Positions 10,295 through 20,467 of a DNA stretch of 61,954 bases are shown in pieces. The position numbers were made by a program, and so were the translations under genes. Source of the stretch: a virus. Its lineage: Duplodnaviria; Caudoviricetes. The stretch is taken from the IMG/VR virus record IMGVR_UViG_3300037840_000222, positions 1 to 61,954 of that record; one strand, 5' to 3'. The stretch's first letter is position 1; each line of letters starts with the position of its first letter. A model generated the notes under the pieces. It was not told where the DNA came from and made no database searches. It saw only the letters and a program-made list of their open reading frames with translations.

Positions 10295-11299
10295 TCACAG
10301 TCTCTCCTCTATTAATTCTTTTTCTGCTAGTTGTGCTAGCCTGTGTTGAACAGACGCCTGTGCGTCCTCGTTTGCTCTCTTTAAGAACTCTTCTTGTTTG
10401 ATCTCTTTCTCTTTCGATTCCCTATTGGCTAAAATGATAGTCTTACCTCCACCTTCTGTGAAATCCCTGGTGGCGTATTTAAGAGAGAATTCATCCCTGG
10501 TGGTGATGAAATCTTTATACGCTTTTTCTATCTCTAAAAAAGAGAATTCGGTTAACAGAAGATTCAGAATCTCTCTTTTCTTTCCAGTGAAAGGCTCTCC
10601 ACCAATATGATAAAGAGAAGTACAGAGGGCATCCAGTCCAGGGTCTTCCCTAATCACTTCATGCTTTAAATAAGTATGAGCGACTTTTATAAAGTCTCCT
10701 ACTGGATAATTAGGAGTCAGTGTTTGAGTGTTCGCCCATATTTCGAAAGCAGTAGAAACGGCGGTACCGCCGTACGTTTCTATCAATTCATCTAAACTTC
10801 TCTTGAAGTAACGCTCTGCTTCCGGCCCTCGCCCGAAAGCAGTGTAGCAGTATTCAGGAATCATTTTAAACGGATTAAGCTCTTTCGGTTTAACTGTACC
10901 GAAAATTTTACCGTTCCACCTAGTATTTCCCCCTGCTTTTCCTCTTTGAGAAAGAGATTCCCGTTTCTCTACCAGTTTACTCCAATCCTTACGGAGTCTA
11001 TTTTGGTAATAGACTTCCTGATCCTCTCTATTTTCCTTAGAGAATTTCTCTAAAGGAACAGAACAGTTTTCTTCCCACATTTGCTTATCTTTACATCCAG
11101 CCAATTTCCATAACACATTGGGATCGGTCGGCAAATCAGGTCGGGTAGAGTAGGTCCAAGCATTTGTCAGAAGTCCTTTATATATGTATTTTTCCAGCCA
11201 CGTCATAGTCCTAACATCTATGTCGGACTGAAACGCCTCTTCATCCCATAATTGATAGTCGGCTTTGTCCCTTTCTAAGAACGCCATACCGGAAGCCAT
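10295..11299 (-). CDS. DUF1376/YdaU-like replication initiator protein
   Basis: N-terminal W...AFQSD...MT..E..IY..LL..AW...LP.D pattern, then QNRL...RGKAGG...W. Confidence 0.65.
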   Translation of the reverse strand: MASGMAFLERDKADYQLWDEEAFQSDIDVRTMTWLEKYIYKGLLTNAWTYSTRPDLPTDPNVLWKLAGCKDKQMWEENCSVPLEKFSKENREDQEVYYQNRLRKDWSKLVEKRESLSQRGKAGGNTRWNGKIFGTVKPKELNPFKMIPEYCYTAFGRGPEAERYFKRSLDELIETYGGTAVSTAFEIWANTQTLTPNYPVGDFIKVAHTYLKHEVIREDPGLDALCTSLYHIGGEPFTGKKREILNLLLTEFSFLEIEKAYKDFITTRDEFSLKYATRDFTEGGGKTIILANRESKEKEIKQEEFLKRANEDAQASVQHRLAQLAEKELIEERL

Positions 11300-11495
11300 C
11301 CATATTTAAGTTTTTCAGAAGCTATATATGTGCAAATAAACCCGACTGGATGAAGTATTGCCCCGATGGTGGCCATCAGAACAGCAAACTGACGATTATT
11401 TTCTTCTGGGAAGAAATGATTAAAATAGCCAAAACAATATCCTTGTATAAAAATCCAGCTTACAATAGCTGCCGCTAAATATATAAATAACCAAA

Positions 11496-12485
11496 TCATA
11501 AGTTTTCTCCTGTCATATCCTCTAACCAATCATCTTCTTCCATTAATGGAATTTGTTTAAAATTATCCGGTAAAGAGATTGGTAAAACATTTACCGAATA
11601 TCCCGGCCAAGAATCTTCCTCTACACATTTTTTATATACACGAAGTAACCTTCGATATTCCTGACGGCCAACCTCCAACATTTCTTTCGTTGGAAAATAG
11701 AGGGCGCTGGCGTAGGGGATATGTTTCTCCCAGGCTGCGAATACAAATGCCTCAACCGAGTATCCTAGAGCCTCTAATCCGTCTGTATACATCGCGGCCT
11801 GAACGTAATACCGATATTTGCTGACTGATCTTTGAAAGCCGTCAGGACTAGCATCCGTTGTTGATTTTAAGTCTACGATTATCACCCCAGTTGAATCTTT
11901 ATCGATTGGACCGTTTGTCAACCAGTCAATTCGGCCTTTACACGGAACCCCTGTGTCTTTATCTGTCCAAAAAATAGACTGTTCAGCCTGTCCCGTTTTA
12001 AACAGTTCCGATGCGGCCGGGTGTTTTTTTACTCTATGAGTGACAGCTTTACACACTCTCCAGTCGGGAATAGACAGAACTTTTTTTCCATTAATGGAAT
12101 TTTCGTAGATGTCATCCCAAAATTTGTACTTGTCGGACGCCGATTTAATCGCCGTTTTCAGTACCGGCTTGGTTCCGGAGACCGGCAGACCGAGTTCCTT
12201 TGCCGCCCGTTTATAGTCTTCGGCTAGATCGAGCGCTCCCGGATAGTCTTTTATATCTGGCTCGCAGACAAAATCTTTTTCAAACCGCTCCGGTTCTAAG
12301 ATAGAAATGTGGAGGGCGTTCCCTAGCTCTCTTGCGGGCGTTACCTTCTGCGGCCCTCGAAGGGGGTTCAAATAGAATGACCAACAATGAAGCGGACTAA
12401 TAGACAGGGCATCTAAAAGATGCTTTGAAGCCGCTGGAATCGATTCGTATTGTTCGAAGGGAATGGTGTAGATGCCTTCAATCAT
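11496..12485 (-). CDS. RecE/ExoVIII-like PD-(D/E)XK exonuclease (DUF3799)
   Basis: LGNALH, EQSIFW, CKGRID, VDLKST and YYVQAAMY motifs. Confidence 0.9.
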   Translation of the reverse strand: MIEGIYTIPFEQYESIPAASKHLLDALSISPLHCWSFYLNPLRGPQKVTPARELGNALHISILEPERFEKDFVCEPDIKDYPGALDLAEDYKRAAKELGLPVSGTKPVLKTAIKSASDKYKFWDDIYENSINGKKVLSIPDWRVCKAVTHRVKKHPAASELFKTGQAEQSIFWTDKDTGVPCKGRIDWLTNGPIDKDSTGVIIVDLKSTTDASPDGFQRSVSKYRYYVQAAMYTDGLEALGYSVEAFVFAAWEKHIPYASALYFPTKEMLEVGRQEYRRLLRVYKKCVEEDSWPGYSVNVLPISLPDNFKQIPLMEEDDWLEDMTGENL

Positions 12486-12946
12486 TTACTTCTATACCGT
12501 AGTTTTCTAAATATTTCCGAATTATTTTCACTGCCTCTGGTATCGGATCAAAAATAGTTCTAGACCCGTCTTCATCTTCACTTCCTGGTATCTCGTCCTG
12601 TAAATTTAAATCATGACAGATATCCTCAATTTGCCACATCCGAAGTTTTATCATTCTCCCTCCAGCGGGTCTATGGCTTCCACTATTCGCCATTCTTCGT
12701 ATTCGTATTTCCGTCTCGCGGTTAGAAGTTTCTCGGCATCTATATGGCTGTCTAAAAGTGCCGCGTTGTACCATTCTTTTTGTTTTGTCGGCAATTCATC
12801 GAAGTCATAGACTTGCCATTCAGTTCGGAGATAGTTGAACAGACGAAGAAACGCTGACTGTCTTTTCAACGGAGTAGAGATATCCCATATCATGTCATCT
12901 TGTTTACGATTGCCGTAGATTAGTAGTTGCATTAGTTTCCTTTCCA

Positions 12947-13498
12947 TTAATGGAATTCTAAATAAGACGCCATCACAGCGATATGAAAACAATAAGGCTC
13001 GACAGCGAACTCGATTACCCCTCTATTCCTCATATCAATTAAATACTTCTTTATCCAGGTTCGTTGTTTTTTATTGTACTCCCGTTTGGCCAGATCAACA
13101 GTGATCCCTGCCGTGTGGGAGGATAGATTTTCAGGAGCGGCGAAGCGGTTTGTTCTCCGCAGTTCCCGTTGCTGTTCTACTGTCCTAACGGCGGAATTAA
13201 CCGTAATAGGGCGTCCAAAAAGATCATAGAAAGTGCTAGCCATATCCTGAATAAAAACTTTAGCCCACGGTCTAACGTATTGTCGGTCTTCTCGAATGTG
13301 AGCAGCCAGTTTAATTTTTTCATCATTGGGAAGCCTCACTAGTTCCCCACTCTGTTCCAATTGGTGGAGTTGATTATTATCTACTATCCTTGGCAGATTT
13401 AGGCTGTCTATTTCCTGGTTTTGTCTAATCATAGAAACAGACGAACCGGGTTTAGGGTGGGGGTGGTGGGCCATCAAGAAGAGTAAGATTAGCCACAT
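12947..13498 (-). CDS. DUF5715 / peptidase M15-like protein
   Basis: NSAVRTVEQQ...SSHTAGITVDL...E..CFHI, a LAS-type zinc-peptidase pattern; hydrophobic N-terminus. Confidence 0.7.
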   Translation of the reverse strand: MWLILLFLMAHHPHPKPGSSVSMIRQNQEIDSLNLPRIVDNNQLHQLEQSGELVRLPNDEKIKLAAHIREDRQYVRPWAKVFIQDMASTFYDLFGRPITVNSAVRTVEQQRELRRTNRFAAPENLSSHTAGITVDLAKREYNKKQRTWIKKYLIDMRNRGVIEFAVEPYCFHIAVMASYLEFH

Positions 13499-13751
13499 CA
13501 GTTTCTCGCTATCGTAACTCGACCGTGTTTGTCTAAAGGCACCCCTATTTTTTTATCTACAAAAAATACTCGTCTGACAACCCCACTTGGTTTGAATTCT
13601 AAAATCGCGGTTTCTGTTAGTGCGTTTTTTGCTACAATGTGTATGCTGTTCCCATATTGCTTTATATGGAAAGTTAAATCGGCTCCCGAATCCTTTACAC
13701 ATGAGAGGCCGAGTTTTAGGTTGATCTTTGGTTTAACGGTTTTTGGTTTGG

Positions 13752-14120
13752 TCACGATACCTCTTCTAAGATAGTTTCTACGGCGACAGCAAGTTTATGC
13801 CAACCGTCTTCCCATAAAACGTTTCCGACGTGTAATCCTGATAATTTCTTAAGTCGTTTAATTAGTTTATCACGATCCGTCTCGATATCTTCGTAGCCTT
13901 TTGCCCGTTTCTCTTCCTCAGTTTTACTGAAAATCTTTGCCGCTTCATAGAAAGTGACCAAGCCTTTAGTCTTATCGACATGAGTGAGGGTGCCGCCTCT
14001 AGGACCGAACTTAGCAGTCACTCGATATCGGTTTTCTTCACATTCCATTATAAGATGGTACTCTTTATCACTCTTATAATCTTCGTAAAATAGATGTATT
14101 TCTTTGTAAACTATACTCAT
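13752..14120 (-). CDS. WGR-domain-like protein
   Basis: SDKEYH...V.AKFGPRG...A.KIF....EEKRAKGY. Confidence 0.7.
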   Translation of the reverse strand: MSIVYKEIHLFYEDYKSDKEYHLIMECEENRYRVTAKFGPRGGTLTHVDKTKGLVTFYEAAKIFSKTEEEKRAKGYEDIETDRDKLIKRLKKLSGLHVGNVLWEDGWHKLAVAVETILEEVS

Positions 14121-14128
14121 TTTTCTCC

Positions 14129-14521
14129 TCAGAACGGGATGTCGGAATCTTCAGAATTACCATCGGCTTGTGGACTGGTCTTCTCTTTATTACCGAGCAA
14201 AACTATATCACTGGCGATGACTTCTGTGCGGTATTTCTTTTCGCCAGATTGCTTGTCTTCCCAGGTGGACGTTTGAAGCCGACCTTCTACGTATAGTTTG
14301 TCGCCTTTCTTGACATATTGGCCTAAAATTTCAGCCTGTTTCTGCCATGCGACGACATTATGCCACTCTGTTCGGTCGGCCCATTCGCCGTTGTTTTCTT
14401 TATATCTTTCAGTAGTGGCAATAGTAAATTTCGCTACTGCGGTTCCGCTTTTTGTAAAAGAGACTTCCGGATTTTTCCCCAGATTCCCTAAAATTGTAAC
14501 TCTGTTTACAGATTTAGACAC
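14129..14521 (-). CDS. ssb: single-stranded DNA-binding protein
   Basis: SVNRVTILGNLGKNPE...TEWH...EGRLQT...DIPF. Confidence 0.97.
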   Translation of the reverse strand: MSKSVNRVTILGNLGKNPEVSFTKSGTAVAKFTIATTERYKENNGEWADRTEWHNVVAWQKQAEILGQYVKKGDKLYVEGRLQTSTWEDKQSGEKKYRTEVIASDIVLLGNKEKTSPQADGNSEDSDIPF

Positions 14522-14666
14522 TAAAAATCTCTCCTTCTATTCCAGCTTCGTGGGTGGACTGTTCCACCAGATCAGTTAGATCGTCTTCCAGGTTTTGAAT
14601 TGCTTCTTCGACTTCGGGAGTCAACTCATCGCCTTCTATTACAATTTCAAACCTTGCTAGTACCAT
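14514..14666 (-). CDS. 50-aa highly acidic protein (not in the ORF track)
   Basis: AGGAGG RBS; MVLARFEIVIEGDELTPEVEEAIQNLEDDLTDLVEQSTHEAGIEGEIFSV. Confidence 0.6.
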   Translation of the reverse strand: MVLARFEIVIEGDELTPEVEEAIQNLEDDLTDLVEQSTHEAGIEGEIFSV

Positions 14667-14689
14667 TGTATCCTCCTTTTAGAAATAGA

Positions 14690-14709
14690 AGCGGGAGTTT
14701 CCTCCCGCT
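14690..14709 (-). terminator. putative intrinsic terminator or hairpin
   Basis: AGCGGGAG-GAAA-CTCCCGCT on the minus strand, followed by TCTATTTCT. Confidence 0.5.
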
Positions 14710-14844
14710 GACGGGGACCGGCTCTTATGGGTGGCCGGTCTGTCCCCCATTATTGAAACAACAACACTATTATTCGATTGACAATATAGATAAAAGCAAT
14801 CAACTCTACCGCTATTGCAATCTCAACTAATGCGTGTTTCATGT

Positions 14845-15777
14845 TTATCCTTTAATCAATTCTCCTATCGTTCCTGCCTTAAGAGCGTCTTCTAGAACGG
14901 GGATAATCTCATCAAACTGTTTCTTGGTTATCTGGGTATAGAGACAACCGGCTTTCTTTTGAAGGTATTCTTTCAACAACCGAGAGTCTTGTTTCAGCGC
15001 CTTCAGTCTGGTTCCGTAAGCCGTTTTTTCTAACGGAGTCGGAAGTGGGCTATCCGGTTTAGGTAGATCAGCGTCAGACAAAGGACAGCCGTCAGCATCA
15101 GCATTCGGAACTTGGACTGGTTTTTCCATTAATGGAATTACCGACTTAGTCGGAATTTCCGGTGTAGAGAAATCTTGTTGAGCGAGTCCGACTGGCCTAT
15201 TGGGCAGACCGCCGATAAACTGGCCGCCCTGTCCGAATCGTTTTGGCTGTTCTGACGGCTTATCTTGGTTTACTAATCCATTGCCGTCGTCATCTTCTGT
15301 TGCTAGGTTTAATGCACGAGTCTCGGCGTACCGAGCTAGGTATGTAAATGCAATACCGATTGTCTGGGCATCATACCTGCTCCCACCCTCTTTCAATTTT
15401 TGGTCAGCAGGACAGCCTGAGATAGTCATCTCTATAAACCCACCTGATATGTGGGAGATAAGAGTGACGATACCGGCAGTTCTATCGTTATTTATAAATG
15501 GCGCTTGAAAAATATAAATTCCGGCTTCAGCCAATTGGTCGGCAGTGTTGCCGATAATTTCTGAGATGTCGGCGTACTTTCTATTCTTTCCTTTGGCATC
15601 TTTATAGAATGGATTTTCGGCAGACTTCTTAATTACTCCGAATTTTGGTCTAGCTTCGCACATCGCTTTCGTAACAGCGGCTAACCCTTCCGGGCTTGAC
15701 GCTCTGATGGCGACTGTTGGTTGGAAGCCATCAGGGATTTGTGGTACTTTTTCTAGTTGTATTTCTGGTACTGACAT
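14845..15777 (-). CDS. ERF-family ssDNA annealing protein
   Basis: ENPFY..KYAD, AQTIGIAFTYLARYA and EDDDGN motifs. Confidence 0.9.
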   Translation of the reverse strand: MSVPEIQLEKVPQIPDGFQPTVAIRASSPEGLAAVTKAMCEARPKFGVIKKSAENPFYKDAKGKNRKYADISEIIGNTADQLAEAGIYIFQAPFINNDRTAGIVTLISHISGGFIEMTISGCPADQKLKEGGSRYDAQTIGIAFTYLARYAETRALNLATEDDDGNGLVNQDKPSEQPKRFGQGGQFIGGLPNRPVGLAQQDFSTPEIPTKSVIPLMEKPVQVPNADADGCPLSDADLPKPDSPLPTPLEKTAYGTRLKALKQDSRLLKEYLQKKAGCLYTQITKKQFDEIIPVLEDALKAGTIGELIKG

Positions 15778-15786
15778 CTATTCCTT

Positions 15787-16552
15787 TCAGATTTGATTTT
15801 TCTTTTTACTATGTTCGTTCCAGTAAAGAGTGTTTGCTTCTCTACACTTCTCACATCGACACTTAAAAACTGTGTAGGTTCTTAGGGTCCCGTGTTTGAG
15901 GTTCTTTGCTTCGTCCGCTAATCTTATGTTTCGTTTTGCCTTTTTAGCGTTAACACTATTCTGTATAGCGGTTTTACTTTTAGGTTTGCCTTTTAGAGCC
16001 TTAGAGATATTCTCTCTATGTTGTGGCGGCTTGGGCAAACGGGCATAAGCTCCTACGGCGAGTTTAGTATTAGGATGGGTTGTCTTTCCAATACACGCTA
16101 ATTGCGCTTTTCTAATAGCTGCCATAGCTTTTTCGCTATGCTTATGTGCTATAGACATATTACGTCGCCATTCTAAGGAAAACTCCGGGCGTTTTATCCC
16201 TTTCCGGCTAACGGACATCTTCTTTCTACTTTCAGTAGAAAAATCAATACCCAGAACGCCTTTACCGCCATCGGTTAAGTTTACCAATCTACATCCTATA
16301 TGGCGAAAGAAAGCTATCCAGAATATTTCTCGCTCATCTAACATTTCGACTGGAATATTTTCCTCTACGATATTTACATCGTACACGCTTCCCTTTTTTC
16401 TTAAGAGAATCTATCCAGTTACGTAGATGTCTATTAGTCGTAGTGGCACTAACATGCGCTAGCGGACGAACCATCCCTCTGGATGATTGCCCTATATACC
16501 TAATTTCTCCGGTATAGGGGTCAGACAATGCGTATATGAGATTGCTAATCAA
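15787..16552 (-). pseudogene. GIY-YIG/NUMOD3-type homing endonuclease split by a +1 frameshift
   Basis: IYALSDP..GEIRYIGQS lies in ORF 16334-16552; EREIFWI...LVNLTDGG lies in ORF 15787-16386. The junction is in the AAAAAAGGG run near 16390-16400. Confidence 0.75.
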
Positions 16553-17712
16553 TTAAGAGATAGATACTCCGGATTTATTAGCTTCAATTTCAACCGTCCT
16601 AATCCGTGTACATGTCTTTCTGCTATCGGCTTAATTACTATTCCTTCTCGAATGGTTTTATTGTCTAGAACAGATTTACCGCCGATAAGGTTTTTAATAA
16701 GAGTTTCATCATAGGGTATTCTTTCTCCTAAGATTGGAACCCTATTTAGATCATTAAGTGCCCATTTGTCTAAAGGCGCTATCCACTCTTCTTTTGGAGT
16801 CAGAATGTCAAACACATAGAATTCAACTTTTCCGGGCGCACAACCGTATAGGAAGTTCTCGCCCTGACAAGGAATCAACTCCCCGTAGAGGGTAAACCCT
16901 TCGTTTTGACGGCACCACTTTTCTATCCACGAATTTTGTTCAAGTGCTTTTCTCCAGATACATCTGCTGTTTTTACTCTTCCATAGCCGCCTAGAACCGG
17001 CGTACATATGCCCATCTTGATAGACATATCGGCCTTGGCATCCATGAATCTTTTCACTAACCCAGACTTGTTCTCCAGGTTGAAAGGCGTCCGTAAAATG
17101 TTTCCAGTTTTCGATATCGTAATAAGGCTTATCGGTCTTCGGCCCTCGTTCATTACTCCCTCTAGTTGGGTCGTGGAAACCGAACAAGCCTTTAAGTCGA
17201 TGCCAACCAAACCACAGCCAACCCTTCCATGATCTAGGCCAAGGTGATTTCGGGCCCCGTTCGTTCTGTCCACCAAGGTCTTCGGGTTCTGGGGGAGAAT
17301 AATGAACTATTCCGAGAATATCAGATATGTCTTCGCCTTCCTGTAATCCTATCGCCCATGCATCGGTGGATTTGAACGGCATTAATAGCCCCTCGCTCCA
17401 CAATTTTCGAAATCTACGGACTTTAATTACCCTGTATTTTGGCGGAACTTCCTTCATCCCATCTCGAAAAGTCCCATCTGGTAGAATTATGCTATTCCAT
17501 AAGATTGAATATTCTGGTCTTGTTGGAACTATCATTTCCGGGGGAATATAATAAGCCAAATCTCCGATTTTAAAATCATCAGTCTTAGTGATAACTCGGT
17601 ATCCAGTACCGGGGATTTTTATGATAGAGAGAGTGTCAGCATTTGGGTGTTTTGTGATCTCGTCTATTCGAATTACTCGAACTTTATGGTGCTCCGGTTT
17701 TTGTTCTTCCAT
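16549..17712 (-). CDS. RNA ligase (DRB0094-like: OB domain + ligase domain)
   Basis: HPNADTL N-terminal OB domain; SEKIHG motif I; YGE, FD and EGIVIK motifs. Confidence 0.88.
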   Translation of the reverse strand: MEEQKPEHHKVRVIRIDEITKHPNADTLSIIKIPGTGYRVITKTDDFKIGDLAYYIPPEMIVPTRPEYSILWNSIILPDGTFRDGMKEVPPKYRVIKVRRFRKLWSEGLLMPFKSTDAWAIGLQEGEDISDILGIVHYSPPEPEDLGGQNERGPKSPWPRSWKGWLWFGWHRLKGLFGFHDPTRGSNERGPKTDKPYYDIENWKHFTDAFQPGEQVWVSEKIHGCQGRYVYQDGHMYAGSRRLWKSKNSRCIWRKALEQNSWIEKWCRQNEGFTLYGELIPCQGENFLYGCAPGKVEFYVFDILTPKEEWIAPLDKWALNDLNRVPILGERIPYDETLIKNLIGGKSVLDNKTIREGIVIKPIAERHVHGLGRLKLKLINPEYLSLN

Positions 17713-18560
17713 CTCTTCTTCTAAAATCTTATATACTTTCGTGAGATACGAGAACCTCGCGGCTCCTCCTAATCCTAGCCTCAGATTGGTTAATTAATCG
17801 TATCTCCGAAAACATATAAAATAAAAATTGGAGCGGCTTTCACGTTTGCACTAGCCGCTAGGCGGGCCTTTCGAGTCTTCGCTAGGTGCGCGATCAAAAC
17901 TATCCCGTCCTTCTATTCTATTAATGTAATTATAGAATAACCACCGTCTGTTCTTCAGACGAGGCTTTGAAAATGAAACGAATTGGAACATGGTTTCCGT
18001 TAGCATCTACGGTTTTAACAGTAGCGCCGACTGGGAACAAAGTTAACTTATCGATTGCTTCTTCTACAGTCATTGTTTTCTCCTTTGTTGGATAGATTAA
18101 AATCGAACACTAGGCCCGTAAATATGGTGGCCGTTTGGATGAATCGGACAACTAAGATGCGCCCCTTCTGGCGGAATTACCATCCATAGCGGTTTGTTAA
18201 GCGTACATTCTGGGCTATAATCAGGATGTCGTCTTGGCTTCGGTCTTTGACAATCTGGACAGGGTTTTCTGCCTATTACTTGTCCCCAAATTTCATCTTC
18301 ATTCATCAATCTACCCATTACTTTCCTCCTACCTTTCTACAATACTCCCCGTTGAACAGATTAAAACATTTTTACGCAGTGCGGGCCATTCCTCTAACCA
18401 TTGTAGAGCAGTTTTTCCGTCAGGCATATCGATTTTACTGTAGAATTCTGGTGAACTATCTCCCGCCTCGGCGCAATTAATTGCGGTTAGTTTAAATCCT
18501 ACATCTTGCGCGGTTAATCCACACCGCTTTTCTTGGCTAAATAGATTAAAGAATTTCATA

Positions 18561-19499
18561 TCATGCCTTAACTTTTTTACAATATTCCATCAATAAAGCC
18601 GTCAGGGCGGTCAAATCAACCCCCGATTCAAACGCCGTATAAACCGCCAACCCTTTTGCGAGGGACACACCTGCCTCTATCATACTACCAGATAATTGTT
18701 TTTCTGTCAAGAGCAAATATCGTAGCTGACCGGAAACCGCCGTTCTTAGCCCCTTAGCATCAGCAGCCTTCATTTTCAATAACTTAGGGAATAGATAAAA
18801 CCAGTTCCCTTTTAAAGCAACGGTGGCTATTTCTCCGTACACCGGATCAGACTCAGAAGATTGAACAGCTTCCCTTGGCGACATGCCGTTCGCGTACAGC
18901 TCAACGGCGTTTATAATTGCTCGACCGGAAGTGATATCGTATTCTTCGATGAATTCCATTAATGGAATTAGCGCCCGTTCTGTATCGGTAAGGTTCCACG
19001 TCCGTTCAACTAATTCGGCTCGATCTTTTCCCTCTATTCCCTTCAAATTGAAGGACATACATCTATCTCTTAACGGCTGAAGAAGACCTGAGATTTCAGT
19101 AGTTGTAATAATAACTATGACAGGGAGATCGGTTTCCTCTAGAAAATCTAATAAGGCGGATTGAGCGGCTCCGGTTAACTTCTGACCTTCATTTAGAATA
19201 TAGATTTTAAAATTTCCTTGTAACGGATGATATCGAGAATCCGAGATCAGTTTCCTAATTCTATCCACCCCAGTCTCGTCTCCGCAATTAATTTTTTCTA
19301 TTTCAGGAGAGTCTGTTTGGCAAAGTTCTTTGGCTAGAATTTCAGCCAAGGTTGTCTTTCCTACCCCAGTTGGACCGGCGAAGATATAGCCATTAGCATG
19401 CTGGCCGGATGAGAGATGGTTTTTAAGGGCTTTGACAGTTTCGGGTTGCCCAATCACGTCGTCGAAGGATTGGGGACGCATTTTGAGGGCGAGATTCAT
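18561..19499 (-). CDS. dnaX: clamp-loader AAA+ ATPase (Pol III gamma/tau-like)
   Basis: LALKMRPQSFDDVIGQ, GPTGVGKTT, AAQSALL and RDRC motifs. Confidence 0.88.
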   Translation of the reverse strand: MNLALKMRPQSFDDVIGQPETVKALKNHLSSGQHANGYIFAGPTGVGKTTLAEILAKELCQTDSPEIEKINCGDETGVDRIRKLISDSRYHPLQGNFKIYILNEGQKLTGAAQSALLDFLEETDLPVIVIITTTEISGLLQPLRDRCMSFNLKGIEGKDRAELVERTWNLTDTERALIPLMEFIEEYDITSGRAIINAVELYANGMSPREAVQSSESDPVYGEIATVALKGNWFYLFPKLLKMKAADAKGLRTAVSGQLRYLLLTEKQLSGSMIEAGVSLAKGLAVYTAFESGVDLTALTALLMEYCKKVKA

Positions 19500-19903
19500 T
19501 TAATAATTCGCCGCATCTTCAAAGTTAATAAATATAAGATTGCCGCAATAATATCCACAATATGCGTCATCAGAAATATACGTGATGGTGGTAGTTTTAC
19601 CTTTATTTATCCCCGATTTAGCTCGTATCCAATCTCCCACTTTAAAAATTTTCATTTACCCTTCCTGATGGCGTGTTCAACACCATGTTTTTTTAGTTTG
19701 GTCATTATTTTTCCTGATGGCATCGTCGATTTCGTGCTGCTCATCTTCGACGTTACGGTTGTCTATCCACAAAGTTAACCCACCTATAACTATCCCCGCT
19801 ATTCCATAACCAATACTCTTTGTTTGAAGTGCGGTGGATAGAAAGGCTCCGCAGATAACTAGTCCGATATCGACTAGACGGTGACGGGATTTAATTTTAT
19901 TAC

Positions 19904-20332
19904 TCATGTTGAAAACTTCTCTTCTCTTACCTGTATAAGCAATTTACCGAGATGGTTTTCTCCTACTCCTACCGGACATTGGCCCCAAAATGTGTCATTC
20001 CAAGTATTGCCTTCAATTAATTCGGCATCTTCTGTGTTTAAGAGGTATCTTTTTAGGTCTGGATTTTTAAATTTCTGACGGAGTAGGTTTAGCATAATAT
20101 CCAGACTCTTAGTTTTCCAGTCTGGACCCTGTTTATTTCGTCCTAGTCTTTTAGCATCCCCAGGTTTATCACAGATACGAATTAACTGCCGATATTCAGG
20201 ATCGGTTCTTTTCGCAGCTTGATATGCGTGTTCGACGGTTGGGTAGACTTCTCCATCTAAGATTACTGGAGCGTAGTAGAAGTTACTAAGAAATCTATAT
20301 TTGCCGGTAAAGCTAGTTATTGGGTTTGTCAT
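19904..20332 (-). CDS. NADAR (YbiA-like) family protein
   Basis: FLSNFY, YPTVEHAYQAAK, D.FWG and GENHLGKLL motifs. Confidence 0.93.
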   Translation of the reverse strand: MTNPITSFTGKYRFLSNFYYAPVILDGEVYPTVEHAYQAAKRTDPEYRQLIRICDKPGDAKRLGRNKQGPDWKTKSLDIMLNLLRQKFKNPDLKRYLLNTEDAELIEGNTWNDTFWGQCPVGVGENHLGKLLIQVREEKFST

Positions 20333-20467
20333 TTTCTATCCCTAAAGAAATATATCTTTCCCCATCTGTGGGCATTTGTTCCTACATAGAAGGCTAGTTC
20401 TCCCTCTCTCCCCCACCAGATTACAAATTTATACCCAGGGGATTTACGGACGAATTCGAATCTCATT

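Noticed and set aside
17825-17900. tRNA on the minus strand ending ...CGCTCCA
   Set aside because: No T-loop TTCRA in the right position and no cloverleaf.
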